Positions 14,549-28,800 of a stretch of DNA of 64,000 nucleotides are shown piece after piece (within the stretch, counting starts at the first letter, position 1; every line of letters begins with the position of its first letter). Origin of the DNA: Macrostomum lignano (Eukaryota); the NCBI GenBank assembly GCA_002269645.1, contig NIVC01000307.1, positions 310,001-374,000 on the forward strand, read 5' to 3'. Below the pieces are notes generated by a model. That model saw nothing but the letters and a program-made list of their open reading frames with translations, was not told the origin of the DNA and did no database searches. A program made the position numbers and the translations under genes.

Positions 14549-16498
14549 CTATATTGCGTTCAGTAAAGTAATACATATATTTATAATGAAAGTATATACT
14601 TTATAATTATTAACCACTGAATAAACTGTGGATATGAACAAGAATTCGATCAAGCAAGACACGAATAGACAAGATTAAAATTTGATAATTAGTAGGTTGA
14701 TCAATAATAAACACACCAGTTCTATACGAGCGTATTGATTCCAAACAAAATGAAACCTCAATAGATATTAAGAAACACAAGATGAGCCAGTCTATCGAAT
14801 GCTTAAACTACTTGCAATGGGCATCTGGTAGGAGTTTTATGACTAAATTACGACTTTGCGAGTTAAGTTTGTCTAGATTGTGCGCGATGCTACTCCCATT
14901 TTGTCCTCCGCTAATTTATCGATCGCCTTGGTTAGCTCAACGCCACCGCCCGGGTCTTCCACACGCGAATTCTTCTCTACCCCCCGCCACCTCCATTTTA
15001 TTGCCTTCCTCACCGATGTACATTCTCAGTTAGCGCTAGCCAATGTACATTATAATGCCTACATAGATAAGTTTATTAACGACCATTAAACCCAACTTTA
15101 ACTGCCCTTTTTAGTTCGAAGCGTAATAAATTAAAATTTAGGTGGCCATGCGCACCTATATATGTCTAAAAGAAAGTAGACTAGACGCATTTTGCAAGAA
15201 AAACTAGCGAATGGCCTTGTTTCTGTTTCTTGATATCCAGTGATAAAAACCAGAATATCGAGGCAAAAACACAGAGAAGTGGCACAGAGAAAATAGAATG
15301 CGAACGAAATGCTACTCTGATGATGCGCTACTACTGTTCAGTAGGAAAGTCGGGCATATTAATGTCAAAGAAAATTTAGAAATTTAAAGACTTAAATTTG
15401 CCTGACAGTTCTTCTGGGTCTTTACAGCGTCGATGCTAAATTAACACACAATGCAAGTAACACATCAGAAATCATAATAAAAGCGCATTTGTTTGATTTT
15501 TCTATGATCAGATTCTGAAACAAAGATAGGTTTTTCTTTATTTAAATCAACTCTATCTAAAACATTACCTTTACACAGCACGATGAGTTGGACAGATAAT
15601 GCCAGCTGCAGTTGGAGAGGGAGACAGACGGGGAGTGTGGGGGACATAGGAGGTGAATCACACAAGAAGAAACTGGAAACACAGAAGAGGCAGACATGCA
15701 GAGAAGAAACATACAGTAATAAAACTGATCAGAGAAATAAGCAGTGACGCAGACCAACAATAAAAAATGATTAATTAAAAGCAGCAAAAAGCGGAAAGCG
15801 ACGCAAAAGCAGAAAAAGCAAATACCGTATAAATATTATTGAAATTTCAAACACGGTATCGAGGCAGATGTTTTTTGGCAATAAAAAAGAGCAACAAGTG
15901 AAAGGAATTAAATGACCTTCAAATTTACCGATAGCTAACTAGTGCATCAGTAAGTCAAGCTGTACAATAACACTAAGTGATAAAGCACAAAAATACAATC
16001 CATTTGCAACTGACATTGGAACCCGATTGAAGGAAATTGTGAGAATGTAAGAAACTGTAATATTTTTATAATTGCAATAACCTACGGTACACTTATTATA
16101 CTACTAGTATTAGGCCTGAAAATTAGTAGTATAATTACAATAATGAAGTAAACAGAAATTCGGTATTGTTGATACTTAAATAATGAACATAAATACTACA
16201 ATAATATTAATAGCCTAACGAAATTTGTGATGAAATATTATTCACTACTAGTATCGTACTACCATATTATAATTCTATCAACTTTATTATTATACAATCT
16301 AGCTAGGATTTTTATATTAAAAATTATTAGCTTGAAAAATGTTCCTTTCCTCGATTTCTTTACTAAAACGATCTCCGATACCCTACTAGTAGTAGGCAAG
16401 TCGCGAATATTAGCATTATTTTTTAATAAAAAACCACGTGATTTCTCAATGTTTTACTGTATTGAAAGACTTGCAAGCGCACACGTGCAGAAAAATAT

Positions 16499-19400
16499 TT
16501 ACAGTCTTTGCTCATCTGCAGCCTCGTCTTCGGCATATCCAATTAAATCTTGCAATATTCCAACGCCAGGCGACTGACTGCTGCAGCAGCAGTAGCTCGG
16601 AGCGCCGCTGGAAGATGCGCCGCTGCCGCCGCCCGCGCCGCAGACGCCACAACCGACGCGATTGCAGGCGTGAGGCGCCTGCGACACGGCCTCGGGATCG
16701 AAATTGAGCACGATTAATTTGGCATCCTCGGAGCCGTTTCTGGAGCCGGCGGCGCACACCAGGCGCGTGTCGGAGGCGCAGATGCGCCAGACGACGCCGC
16801 CGTGACCGGCTGACTCCAGGCGGAGCAGGTCGCGCACAAATTGACCAGTGGTGGCGCTCCACATTTTCACCTGAGGCAGATAATTATAATAATAGTAAAT
16901 ATACTTTTTATAAATAATCAGCTTTTTGGCTTTTAGCATACCAACTTTAATAATATGGCAAGTCAGATTTTTGGTTGAAATCTCAGAACCGAAATCCCAG
17001 AATCCAATCCCGGAATCCAAATCCCAGAATCCAATCCCAGAATCCAAATTCCAGAATCCAAATTCCAGAATCCAATCCCAGAATCCAAATCCCAGAATCC
17101 AAATAGCAGAATCCAATCCCAGAATCTAATCCCAGAATCCAAATTCCAGAATCCAAATTCCAGAATCCAAATCCCAGAATCTAATCCCAGAATCCAATCC
17201 CAGAATCCAATCCCAGAATCTAATCTCAGAATCCAAATCCCAGAATCCAATCTCAGAATCCAATCCCAGGATCCAAATCCAGAACTCAAATCTCAGAATC
17301 CAAATTCCAAAGATCTTTAGAAATCCCATTCATAATAAAATCTCAAAATCTAAATCTCAAAGATCTCCAGAAATCCCATCAATAATAAAATCCCTAATCA
17401 GGCAGCTCACCGTCCCATCATCGGATGCGGACACAATAAAATCCTGCACAATCTGCACAGAGGTGATGGCGCTCTGATGCTTGTCCTGGCCGCCAAGACC
17501 CAGCACGTGCTGGCACTGGCCGGTGCTCAGATCCCACACTCGCAGGGTGGTGTCGGCATTGCCGCTGACCAGCCGACCATCCGGTAGCACCAGCATGCCA
17601 GCCGTCAGAGACTGATGCCCCAGCAAAGTTCGAATTAGTTGACCATCCGAACTGCGCCAAACTCGAATCGTAGTATCTAAGGAGCCGGACACAATATACT
17701 GAGGCGTGGCCGCCAGAGTGTACACCCGGTTGATATGCTGATCTAGCACGTACTTGCAGTAGTACGGACCTCGGCTACTGGGCTCGATACACCAGACTCG
17801 GACTGTGCTGTCGTAGCTAGCGGACACCAGCTCGCTGTCCGACAGCCACTGCACCGCCCTGACCGCGGCCCGATGCCCGTGCAGTACAACTTGACAAGCC
17901 CCTGTGTGCAGATCCCACACTCTCAAGCTGGTGTCTCTAGAACCGCTAGTCACGTGACTGCCTCGGCCTGCTAAACAGCGAACTGTGCTCACGTGACCAG
18001 CTAGAGTGTGCCGACAAATGCCAGTCTTCATGCACCAGACCCGGACTGTGCGATCTGTGCTGCCAGAGACCAGCAGGTCGTCGACAATGGCGGTGGACCA
18101 GACGCCGCCAATGTGACCAGTGAGGGTTCGCACCTGCGATGGTTTACGATGCTTTCTCAGAGTTAAGAACACCATTGTCTATCTAATCATTCATATCTAT
18201 CTAATAAACTCGATTGAAGATATTGACCAAATCTAAATATGCCGAGTTTAGTAAAGAAACTCGGTCTCAGTGTGATCACTGAAAGTATCAGATGAGGCTC
18301 TAAGCATCCCCATAAAGCATCAGATGAGGGTGTCAGCATCCCCATGAAGCATCAGATGAGGGTGTCAGCATCCCCATAAAGCATCAGATGAGGGTGTCAG
18401 CATCTCCATAAAGCATCAGATGAGGGTGTCAGCATCTCCATAAAGCATCAGATGAGGGTGTCAGCATCTCCATAAAGCATCAGTTGAGGCTCTAAGCATC
18501 CCCATAAAGCATCAGATGAGGGTGTCAGCATCCCCATGAAGCATCAGATGAGGGTGTCAGCATCTCCATAAAGCATCAGTTGAGGGTGTCAGCATCTCCA
18601 TAAAGCATCAGATGAGGGTGTCAGACAGGCGGTCTCACCAGCTGCCCAGTATCCGCTCTCCACAGCCGTATAGTAGAATCATCGCTAGCAGACACAATCA
18701 AATTGCGCCACATCTCCAAGCAGGTGATCACGTGATTATCGTGAGCAGGCAGCGTCAGCATGGAGGGCAGGGTTGCACCGGGCAGGCGGCAGGGCCCATG
18801 TACCGGTCGAGCGGTTGACACTCCGCGTAGCCAGTTGCAACGCACCTGCCTAGCCCGCTGATAGGCCCGTTTGCCTCCCTGCCGGCGCCACAGATGAGGA
18901 TCTTCCGCTAAGAGGCGCCAACGACGCGAGACTTGAGCGCAGACTAGCAGATCTCTTGGAGATAACTCGCCAAGAATCCTTAACGACAGCTCAGTGGGCA
19001 GGTGAGATACAAAGTCGCGCTTGAGCCGGGGCATCAGTGAGCAATGCAGGTGGATCAACTCCGGATGGGAGCATTTCGCTATCAGATTGGACAGCACGCA
19101 GAGGCGATCCTGAGGCGTCAGGGAGTCGAAAGTGTGCTCCCAGTCCGATCTAGGGGGGGGGGGGGGGTTGGGGAGAATTCAGAACTAATAAATGGCTTTA
19201 ACATTCGATTAATGAACTTAACTCAAAACTCTTTAATGCCAATTTAAATGCCAATATGAGATCCTGAACTGCCACTATAAGATCCTGAACTGCCACTATG
19301 AGATCCTGAATTGCCAATCTGAGATCCTGAACTGCCAATCTGAGATTCTGAACTGCCAATCTGAGATTCTGAACTGCCAATCTGAGATCCTTAACTGTCA

Positions 19401-19643
19401 ATCTGAGATCCTGAACTGTCAATCTGAGATCCTAAACTGTCCACCTGAGATCCTGAACTGCCAATCTGAGATCCTAAACTGTCCACCTGAGATCCTGAAC
19501 TGCCAATCTGAGATCCTGAACTGCCAATCTGAGATCCTAAACTGGCTATCTGAGATCTTGAATTCCCAACCTGAGATTGAAAAATGCACTTACTCAGTCT
19601 CTATCTTGAGCCTTTTCTTTTCAGGCTCATCTTCATCAGCCAT
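16499..19643 (-). CDS. FBXW7: F-box/WD40 protein FBXW7 (archipelago/SEL-10)-like; exons 19643-19594, 19149-18639, 18133-17411, 16870-16499
   Basis: F-box RDFVSHLPTELSLRIL. Eight WD repeats match FBXW7 (HDNHVITCL, GHIGGVWS, GHVSTVRC, GHRAAVR, HINRVY, GHQSLTAGM, KHQSAIT, GGVVWRI..GSRNG). The three phosphodegron-binding Arg positions are retained. Confidence 0.9.
16980..17395. repeat. 13-14-bp repeat CCAGAATCCAA(A)TC in FBXW7 intron 3
   Basis: Seen directly. Confidence 0.92.
18280..18625. repeat. 32-bp minisatellite AAGCATCAGATGAGGGTGTCAGCATCYCCATA in FBXW7 intron 2
   Basis: Period 32 (18361/18393). Confidence 0.92.
19250..19580. repeat. 21-bp minisatellite CTGAGATCCTGAACTGCCAAT in FBXW7 intron 1
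   Basis: Seen directly. Confidence 0.92.
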
Positions 19644-20129
19644 GAATATTGGCTATTGAAATTGAAAATTGCACTGCAAAATGTATATAGAAGTAGGTAC
19701 TATATTAATTTTTACAAATTAATTTCATCATTAATTTCTAATCTTTGTACAACATTACTAAGTTTGATTTAAATATAACATGATAATTAAAATATACAAT
19801 ATATATATATCTATATATATATATATATATATATTTATTTTCCTCTTATACACAATAACTATGGAAAGCACTTGCTTTTATATTAATTTTGAAATCATTA
19901 AGTATCAAAACTTTATAAAAAAGAAATAGAAAGTTTCTGGTTCTTCAATAGTTTCCTAAATTATAAATATAATAATAAATAAATGCTTTCTATGTTGCAA
20001 CAAGCATTTCTATTGTCATCTTGTAAGCTTAGTCAATCTTGCATTGAGCAGTTGTTATAATTGGGCCATATTTTCTTTATTTTTTCTTGGCATTTAAGCT
20101 TGCTTATTTGCCTTGGGCTTGGCATCAAA

Positions 20130-20410
20130 TCTAGCGGCTTAGACTAACTGCAGTAGAGCTAGTATGATAACTAAAGGCTTTTATCTAGACCTTGATAGCT
20201 AGTGGGCTATTTAGGGTCTGCCAAACTTGTTATGCTACTTAGATTAAATTTGTCATCATCTATTTGATAATATGCTCATTGTCTATAATATTGTAGGGAA
20301 AGAAATATTTGGTGCACCAAATATAGAAACTTTTAGAGGCAGCTTAGACTAGGCCCTAGAAGACTTCTACATGCATGTTCAAACATTTAATCTAAATAGG
20401 TTATCTTTAA
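20130..20410 (+). mobile_element. Possible decayed 3' end of a CR1/L2-type LINE ORF2
   Basis: VYNIVGKEIFGAPNIETFRGSLD*AL resembles the LINE C-terminal N.LP.E....P.I..FK..LD pattern. It is stop-interrupted and recognised by eye only. Confidence 0.3.
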
Positions 20411-20754
20411 TTTAATGGTAATCAAATCAACTAGTAGGCAAACTGTCTTAAGCTTTTTAGCAACTTGGAAACATGCAGTCTAAGGAAAAAATGATAAGCC
20501 AACAAACAAAAGGCTAGAAGCCTATAATAGCTAAGGCTCTCCTATCTCTGTTTAATTTTGTGCTTTGTGCATGCTTTGTATGATAAACACTAAACAAGTA
20601 AAACAAAAGAAAAAAACAAGCATAAGATCACTAAGTCAATTAATAGGATAGGCCTATAGTAAGACGTACAAAGAACAAAAATAGGCCCTCTAATGTAGAA
20701 ATAGAGCAAGAACACAAAATAGCCTTCATAAAAGCCTATATACTTTTTGTGCAT

Positions 20755-21003
20755 GACTAAGACCGCCACACACCAAGACTGCCACAGCTATTATTGGCTA
20801 CTGGTATTGAGAGAGAGCTAGGCCTACCAATCTTCTAGCATTGCTATTCCTCTCATAGATTCCTCTCTCGCAGGCTTGTACTGCCGGCTCTCTTACCCAC
20901 TCATCTCCTCTCGAGCACCATCCAATAACACATTCATCGAAATTCCTCCTCCAGCTCCTCAAGTGTGGCGGTCTTGGTGTGTGACTGTGTGACAGTCTTA
21001 GTC
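20755..21003. mobile_element. ~250-bp foldback/MITE-like element
   Basis: The left arm GACTAAGACCGCCACACACCAAGACTGCCACA pairs with the right arm ending TTAGTC; inner imperfect arms (TTATTGG..GAGAG) also pair. No clear TSD. Confidence 0.6.
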
Positions 21004-21576
21004 CTACACCTAAATTATTAGCCAAGATCAAAGAGCTTCACTGCTTCTCAAGCTTTAATCCTATGACCTATGCCATGGTCTTGTGAATATGAATTATGAA
21101 TATTGCTAGGCCTACATGGCTACACACTACACAGTACACCTTATTATATTAAGCCTAATTACAGCAAGCCTAATTAAAATATGAATTAAGTGGACAGAAT
21201 CCATAAGGGCCTATTAAAAATAGTCAAAAGAGTTTTTTTAAACAAAAAATGATTTATTCGCGCAGCTTAACAAATTTTAAGTGTTTTTTTCAACGTAAAT
21301 AAGCTTTTATTGTAAATTGTAATTAAATGTAATTTTATTAATTACTTATATAAGTGGGATACATAGAAAATTACCAAATTGTTTTATCCTAAAAACTTTC
21401 TACAATGCTATATTTTAAACATGAATCAAATCAATTTTTTCATTTCCGCGTATATTCTATACTGTTTTGCTGACATTTGAATTTAGAGAAATAGGTGTTA
21501 TAGAGTTTAGTTGTTTGAAATTGGTATCCTGTTTTAATACAACCATTTTTTTTCTCCTGGTTGTTCGCTAATCAAC

Positions 21577-23565
21577 ATGGCTCAAGTCCAAATGAATCGA
21601 TCACAAGGCTATCCTTCGCAGTCGTTCGGATACCCAACTGCCCCAGTTGGATATGACGCGCGCCAGCCAAGTTACGCAGCAAGTGTCAACAGCTATGGGG
21701 CTCCAGCCGGTTATCCAGGCGTCCCACAGACACCTGGTCGCGGCTCCATGAATCCTTACGCTAGCGGACAATTTACGCGGGCTTCTACAACCGGTCCTGG
21801 ACGTTCGAATTCTCGCAGCAATCTGGCGCGCCAGTCAAAGAGCTTGGGCGCATCAAAAGCGTCACTTGCTGATGAAAAAGGCGGCAAAACAAACATTCGT
21901 CAGGAGTATCACGACAAGAAGTTGCGGACCAACTTTCAATCGCCAAACTACGGTAGAGGCAGGACGCCGTTTCGGATCAGCATAGCTCTGTTCGTGGTAG
22001 GCGGGATTATCATCATGGTTGGAGTCACACTGCTGCTGCTACGCTTCCATAACAACATCATGCTGTCGGTTGATAAGGGAGAAATTATTGGGCCAATTCT
22101 AATAGCAATCGGAGTCGGGGCCATTGCCGGCGGAGTCAAGTTCTGCTATGACGCTTATAAAATCAGCAACTCCGAGCGGCAAAAGATCAAGGTGAGCATT
22201 AATCAGGCGCTTAGACAGGGGAACAGTGAGTGTGCCACAGTTGGCTGATTAAAAGTATATGGCGCCCCTGGTGCTGGCGCCCCTGGTGCTGGCGCCCCTG
22301 GTGCTGGCGCCCCTGATGCTGGCGCCCCTGGTGCTGGCGCCCCTGGTGCTGGCACCCCTGATGCTTGCGCCCCTGGTGCTGGCACCCCTGGTGCTGGCAC
22401 CCCTGGTGCTGGCGCCCCTGGTGCTGGCGCCCCATGTGCTGGCGCCCCTGATGCTGGCGCCCCATGTGCTGGCGCCCCTGATGCTGGCGCCCCTGGTGCT
22501 GGCGCCCCTGATGCTGGCGCCCCTGGTGCTGGCGCCCCTGGTGCTGGCGCCCCTGATGCTGGCGCCCCTGGTGCTGGCGCCCCTGATGCTGGCGCCCCTG
22601 GTGCTGGCGCCCCTGATACTAAAGCCTCTGATATTAAATCCCCCGGCGCTAAATCCCCTGTTGCTAGCTGACTTCTGGCTACATCCATCGAGTAGGAAGT
22701 TTATAAATTTCTTGAGTAACAAACAAGTAAACAATAGGAACAAAAGCTTTGAAATAATTGCTATTGTTTATGAATTTGATTTTTGGTTGTAATGCAAATT
22801 GTGTGCATATTAATATTTATTTGAGATGGCGCAATAAAATTTCAGTTCACCGCCGCCGACCAGTCTCTAATATCGGCCAGGACTATGGATTCCGCTAGGA
22901 AGTTCAAGCAGGCACCTGGGTAAGCCAATTTTGTCCTGACCTGCTCTTGTGGGCACCAAAATTATTGAAAGCTTGATTTGTTTGGCCTTTTCTAGGTTAG
23001 GCGCTTCATTTATCGTAGAAGGCGCCTCATTTATCACAGAAGGCGCCTCATTTATCACAGAAGGCGCCTCATTTATCACAGAAGGCGTCTTATTTATCGT
23101 AGAAGGCGCCTCACTTATCATAAATGGCGCCTCATTTATCACAGAAGGCGCCTAGTTTATCATAAAAGGCGCTTCACTTATCATAGAAGGCGCCTCATTA
23201 TCATAAAAGGCGCTTCACTTATCATAGAAGGCGTCTAGTTTATCATAAAAGGTGCCTCATTTTTCACAGAAGGCGCCTCATGTATCAGAGTAGGCGCTTC
23301 ATTTATCATAGAAGACGCGCCTCAATGATCAGAGTAGGCGCCTGATTTTTCATATTGGGTGGCTCTTGCAATCTGTGCTCAATTCTTCTATATAAACGTA
23401 TTTACTACTCGAACATTTTCATTGTTAAATCTAAAGTACATATACAATAATTAGTGTTTCCCCATCACTCATTCTTCAAGTGAGGTCCTGGTCAGTGGCA
23501 CAGTGACAGCCAACGCCGTTAGCCGGACACCCCACGGTTCGATGGGGTCCTTGAACGACATCTGA
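21577..23565 (+). CDS. Two-transmembrane protein with a Pro/Tyr/Gly-rich N-terminus, PIRT/TMEM100-like topology; exons 21577-22191, 22846-22919, 23481-23565
   Basis: TM1 ISIALFVVGGIIIMVGVTLLLL, TM2 IIGPILIAIGVGAIAGGV. GT-AG introns in phase 0 and 2 give an open frame to TGA at 23563-23565. Confidence 0.7.
22258..22625. repeat. 15-bp minisatellite GGCGCCCCTGGTGCT (intron 1)
   Basis: Seen directly. Confidence 0.95.
22998..23345. repeat. 21-bp minisatellite AGGCGCCTCATTTATCACAGA (intron 2)
   Basis: Seen directly. Confidence 0.92.
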
Positions 23566-24384
23566 GTTTGCAATGACGGCAAATTGACAAAAATATTGTT
23601 TTTTAAAATACGTGCGTTTTTTTCAAATATGTGCCTTCCTTTGTTTACCTGGTGACAATTCTGACCAGCAAACCATTCCAAATAGCGCAGCAATTATTGT
23701 TGCCCCTCCCTCTGATCACGAATATTTCCAAGCACATTTCTTCCTAGTGTTTCTTGGATAGCATTACTTCCGTTGTAACAAATTAATGACGAGTTCTTCT
23801 TTTACAAAAATATTAACAATCTACACATTTTGTATTACAACCCCGCCTTGCATTCCAAGCTAAACTAAATAACTACTGTGCTTAACCTTAATTTACTAAA
23901 CATTCCCAGTTTATATTCTATCAGGTGCTTAATTGTTGTCTTTTTAAAAAATGTCAGTAGGGAAAATATTGTTTTTTTATTGCATGGTTTTACTAAAGTC
24001 GTACAAAGCATTCGTCACGTGTTGCATCTGTGTAAAACAAAACGATTGCTCCAACTTTCAAATTGCCTTTTTGTAAAAAAAATATAGCTGGCACTCCCAT
24101 CCGTTTGTGCTATTCCTGATGTACTTTTGCCTAGGGAGACCTTTTGAATTCCTTATTATTGCTATTTAATTTTTACCTAATACGACGACTGTATTTTAAA
24201 AATAGTTTCAATTTTCCATTTATTGTTGTGTACTACTTAAAGTACTGTTTTGCTGGCATGCGAGGCCAAAACTATTCATTAAATAAACTTTTATTCATAA
24301 TAGCATATATTGACGCAACAAATTAATTTGAGGACTTCCTGAGTTTAGCTGACTTCACAATCATTGCAATCAAAATCATTATCT

Positions 24385-25395
<1,011 letters not shown>

Positions 25396-25829
25396 TTCTT
25401 ATATTTATGTATTGGTTAAAAACTAAAAGTGTTAAACAGTGAAAAGAATAACTAGTATATTGTCAATACCACACTGCGTTAGACTAGGTAGTAATTAATG
25501 ATGGTATTAAGTGCATACTTTAATTATATATTTTACTGTGTCCTCCAATCAATAGTGGTAAGTCATATAGGTTCTCGATCTAAAATCAACGATCAACGAT
25601 CCAATCAAAACACACCAGAAAAGCTTATTAATGCTAGAGATTTTCTAAAGAAATAATTTTAAAAGTAAAAAAATTATCCACGGATACGGGATCATTTTTG
25701 TTGGGTTGGGTTGGGTTGGGTCTTAATTCATATGATCAATATCAAAATCGTCTACCGAAGGAATCAATAGATTCGATTTTCAGACAAAAAATGTCTCATA
25801 ATAAGTTACAGTTAGGTTAAAAATTCCAG

Positions 25830-28800
25830 CTACATTATAGTCTTCTCCGAATAAACTGATCCGAGTCGAGAATTCCAGACTCTCGACCTGGCAGCCAGCA
25901 TCAGACCAAAGCAAGCCGCCAGCAAAAGCAGCATCGAGGATGCTAAACTAATCAGCAGATAGTTTCCTCGATTCTCATGATCAGCCTTATCATTGACTGT
26001 CATTCGACTTTTTGCAGTTTTCATTAGACAGAAAAATGACTTCAATCTGCGAGAAGCCGGCTTCATCGCTTCGTCCATGACAACGGGACTGCACGGATTT
26101 GTGAAGTTAATTAGTGACTTTTTTATTACGGTACCTGTTGAATCTTCGTCCAAAAATGAAAACGATCATGATTTCGATATTAGAACTAAATTATTAACAT
26201 GATAATATGTATGGAGGTTGTAATGTAAGGCATAACTGCAGGAGAACAAGAAACCATTATTAAAGCGAAAAAACGTTCGACTTTTTCAACCATTACAGAC
26301 TCACCTGTCTAAGCCTCGTCTGATGAAAATTTCACCAACGTCGTCGTGCCTCCCTGCTAGAAGTTCCGTGGATCCCGGCTGCAACCTCCTGCGGCACTCC
26401 GCCAGCGCCAGGCGGGGACTGACTGCTCGTACCATCAAAGCGCAGCCTGCTGACGGCTCCGACTTTGACAGCAGTAGCGGTCGGAGCGGCGGTGGGCAGC
26501 GACGATCGCCAGCAGCTTCGAGCGACTCAACGGAATCCACTGGCTGCCGATGTCGTCGCTGAGGCGCCTTGCAAAGGTGAAAGTGTCGCGCCTCTGGTTG
26601 GTACGTCCGCCACACCAGCCTCGGTCGAGCGTCCATCAGGAAGCCGAAGTTCATAGGCGGGTTGCTGGGACCGACCAGCCAGTTTCTGAAAGGGGGAGAT
26701 TCTGCATGTACAGTATTTAATAATGATCTGTTTCAGGTTGTGTCCGTTTTTGTATATTACATAAACTCACACGCTGACATTAACGCTCGTGTTGTCCTTG
26801 AGCCACTTGAACTTCCCTCCGTCTGCCTCGTCTCTGTACAGTCCGGTCCACGCCGCGTCTCCTTGAAACCTGCAGTCTCGGCACTGAGCTCTGTAGTCTT
26901 CTCTGAGTCTCCAGTTCCTTGCTGAGTAGTCAGTAACCCAGTCCATCTCGGCTTGAGAATCGATCCAGAGCAGGTGAGCAGACGGGTCTCGTCTCTGACA
27001 GTCAGACACGGCCTCGGTGAGGTTCCTTCCATTGGATCCCTTGACCAGGAGGTAGCAGAAGCCATTGAATTGCAGCCAGTCCTGTGACGGACAGGCCCCT
27101 TGAAAAGCTGTGGTTGTGGTTGGCATAACGGTGGTTGTTTCAGGTGTCGACTGCAGAGTAGTAAGATCTTGAGTAGTGGGTGGCACAGTAACAATTTCAT
27201 AAGTTGTTGTCGGCTCCCTTGTTGCGATAGTTGTTGTTGCTGTCGCAACAGTGGGTGCCGTTGTGCTGACAAACACAGGCGCTTTGCAGAAGTGATAGTG
27301 CTTGGCTTCAGGCGAGTAGGTTCGGAAGTACAAGTCGTTCGTTGTTTCATAAATATAAGCGTAATTTTTCGGTGGATTTTGAGGATCTATAAAAAACCAT
27401 CGCCTAAAGTGAAAGGAAACTCGTCGAATAGAAACGGGTTGAATCATACCGATTCACCGAAAAACAAGAAGTTTACATTCACTTACCCAATGACATTCAC
27501 TTTGGAGTTGTCCCTGAGCCACTTAAACCTTCCTCTGTCCGTTTCATTTCTGTACAGTCCGGTCCATGCGGCGTCTCCCAGCTGCCGGCAGTCTCGGCAC
27601 TGAGCTCTGTAATCTTCTCTGAGTCTCCAGTTCCTTGTTGAGAAGTCCATCACCCAGTCCATCTCGGCTTGAGAATCGATCCAGAGTAGGTGAGCAGACG
27701 GGTCTCGTCTCTGACAGTCAGACGCGGCCTCGGTGAGGTTCCTTCCGTTGGATCCCTTGACCAGGAGGTAGCAGAAGCCCTTAAACTGTAGCCAGTCCTC
27801 TGACAGACATGAACCTTGAGGGATTTCTGATTTTTTAGTAGTCAACCCCATAGTAATCGAAGTCTGCCGCTCAGAAATCGTAGGTTCTAAAGTGACAGTT
27901 TCAGCAGTTTTTGTCGGCAATGACAAGCTAGACAATGGCGGCATCGTGGAAGATGATGGTGTTGCGCTGACAAGCTTAGGTGCTTTGCAGAAATGATAAA
28001 AGTTTAATCCTGATATAGAGGTTCGAAAGTACAAGTTGTTCAACGATTCATAAATGTAGCCATAGTTTCTGGGTGGATAAGCAGGATCAAAGACGAACCA
28101 TTCTCTGAAATGACGACAGACGACATATTTGGCTTTTGAAAATAGCGAATCCTTTATGCCACTTTGATACAGGCTTCGAAGCTTTTCTGTCGGCATTTAC
28201 ATGAAAAATCAAGCAAAATTTTCTAGAATGCCTCGTAAAAAGACGCTGTCTATATGAAATATTTCTTAAAAGATAGCTAGCTGTAATGTGACATTACAAA
28301 GATTAATATTTCATTGACTGTTTTAGCATCTCCCATTTATCATAAATAGCACTATGGATACATCTTTAAGGACATTTACTGTTTACTCAAATTAAACTCA
28401 AAAGTTTGCAACTGCAAAATAAACAACCTGCAAATATAAACTATATCTAGCCTTAAGACATGCAAATCATGCAAAAATAGGTATTTTTACGATAGAAAAG
28501 CAACGATTATGTTATTTACAGCCGTTTCAATCAAAATTTCCTAGCGAGGTTATTTATGAAAATCATCCGCAAAAAACAGGTAAAATAATAGGTGCAAACA
28601 AGTAAAGCGATCTCACACTGTGACTTCCAAATTTGAGTTGTCCCTGAGCCACTTGAAATTCCCACCATCTGCCTCGTCTCTGTACAGTCCGATCCACGCT
28701 GCATCTCCTTGATGCCTGCAGTCTTGGCACTGAGCTCTGTAGTCTTCTCTGAGTCTCCAGTTCCTTGCTGAGAAGTCCATCAACCAGTCCATCTCGGCTT

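Noticed and set aside
14780-15720. Possible plus-strand exons downstream of the retrotransposon
   Set aside because: Short open patches with inconsistent splice phases and no recognisable motif.
26089-26235. Apparent in-frame TGA (26166-26168) suggesting a pseudogene or selenocysteine readthrough
   Set aside because: A better acceptor with a branch-like CTAAT (..CCGTGCAG|, exon start 26088) removes it and matches the paralog's last exon.
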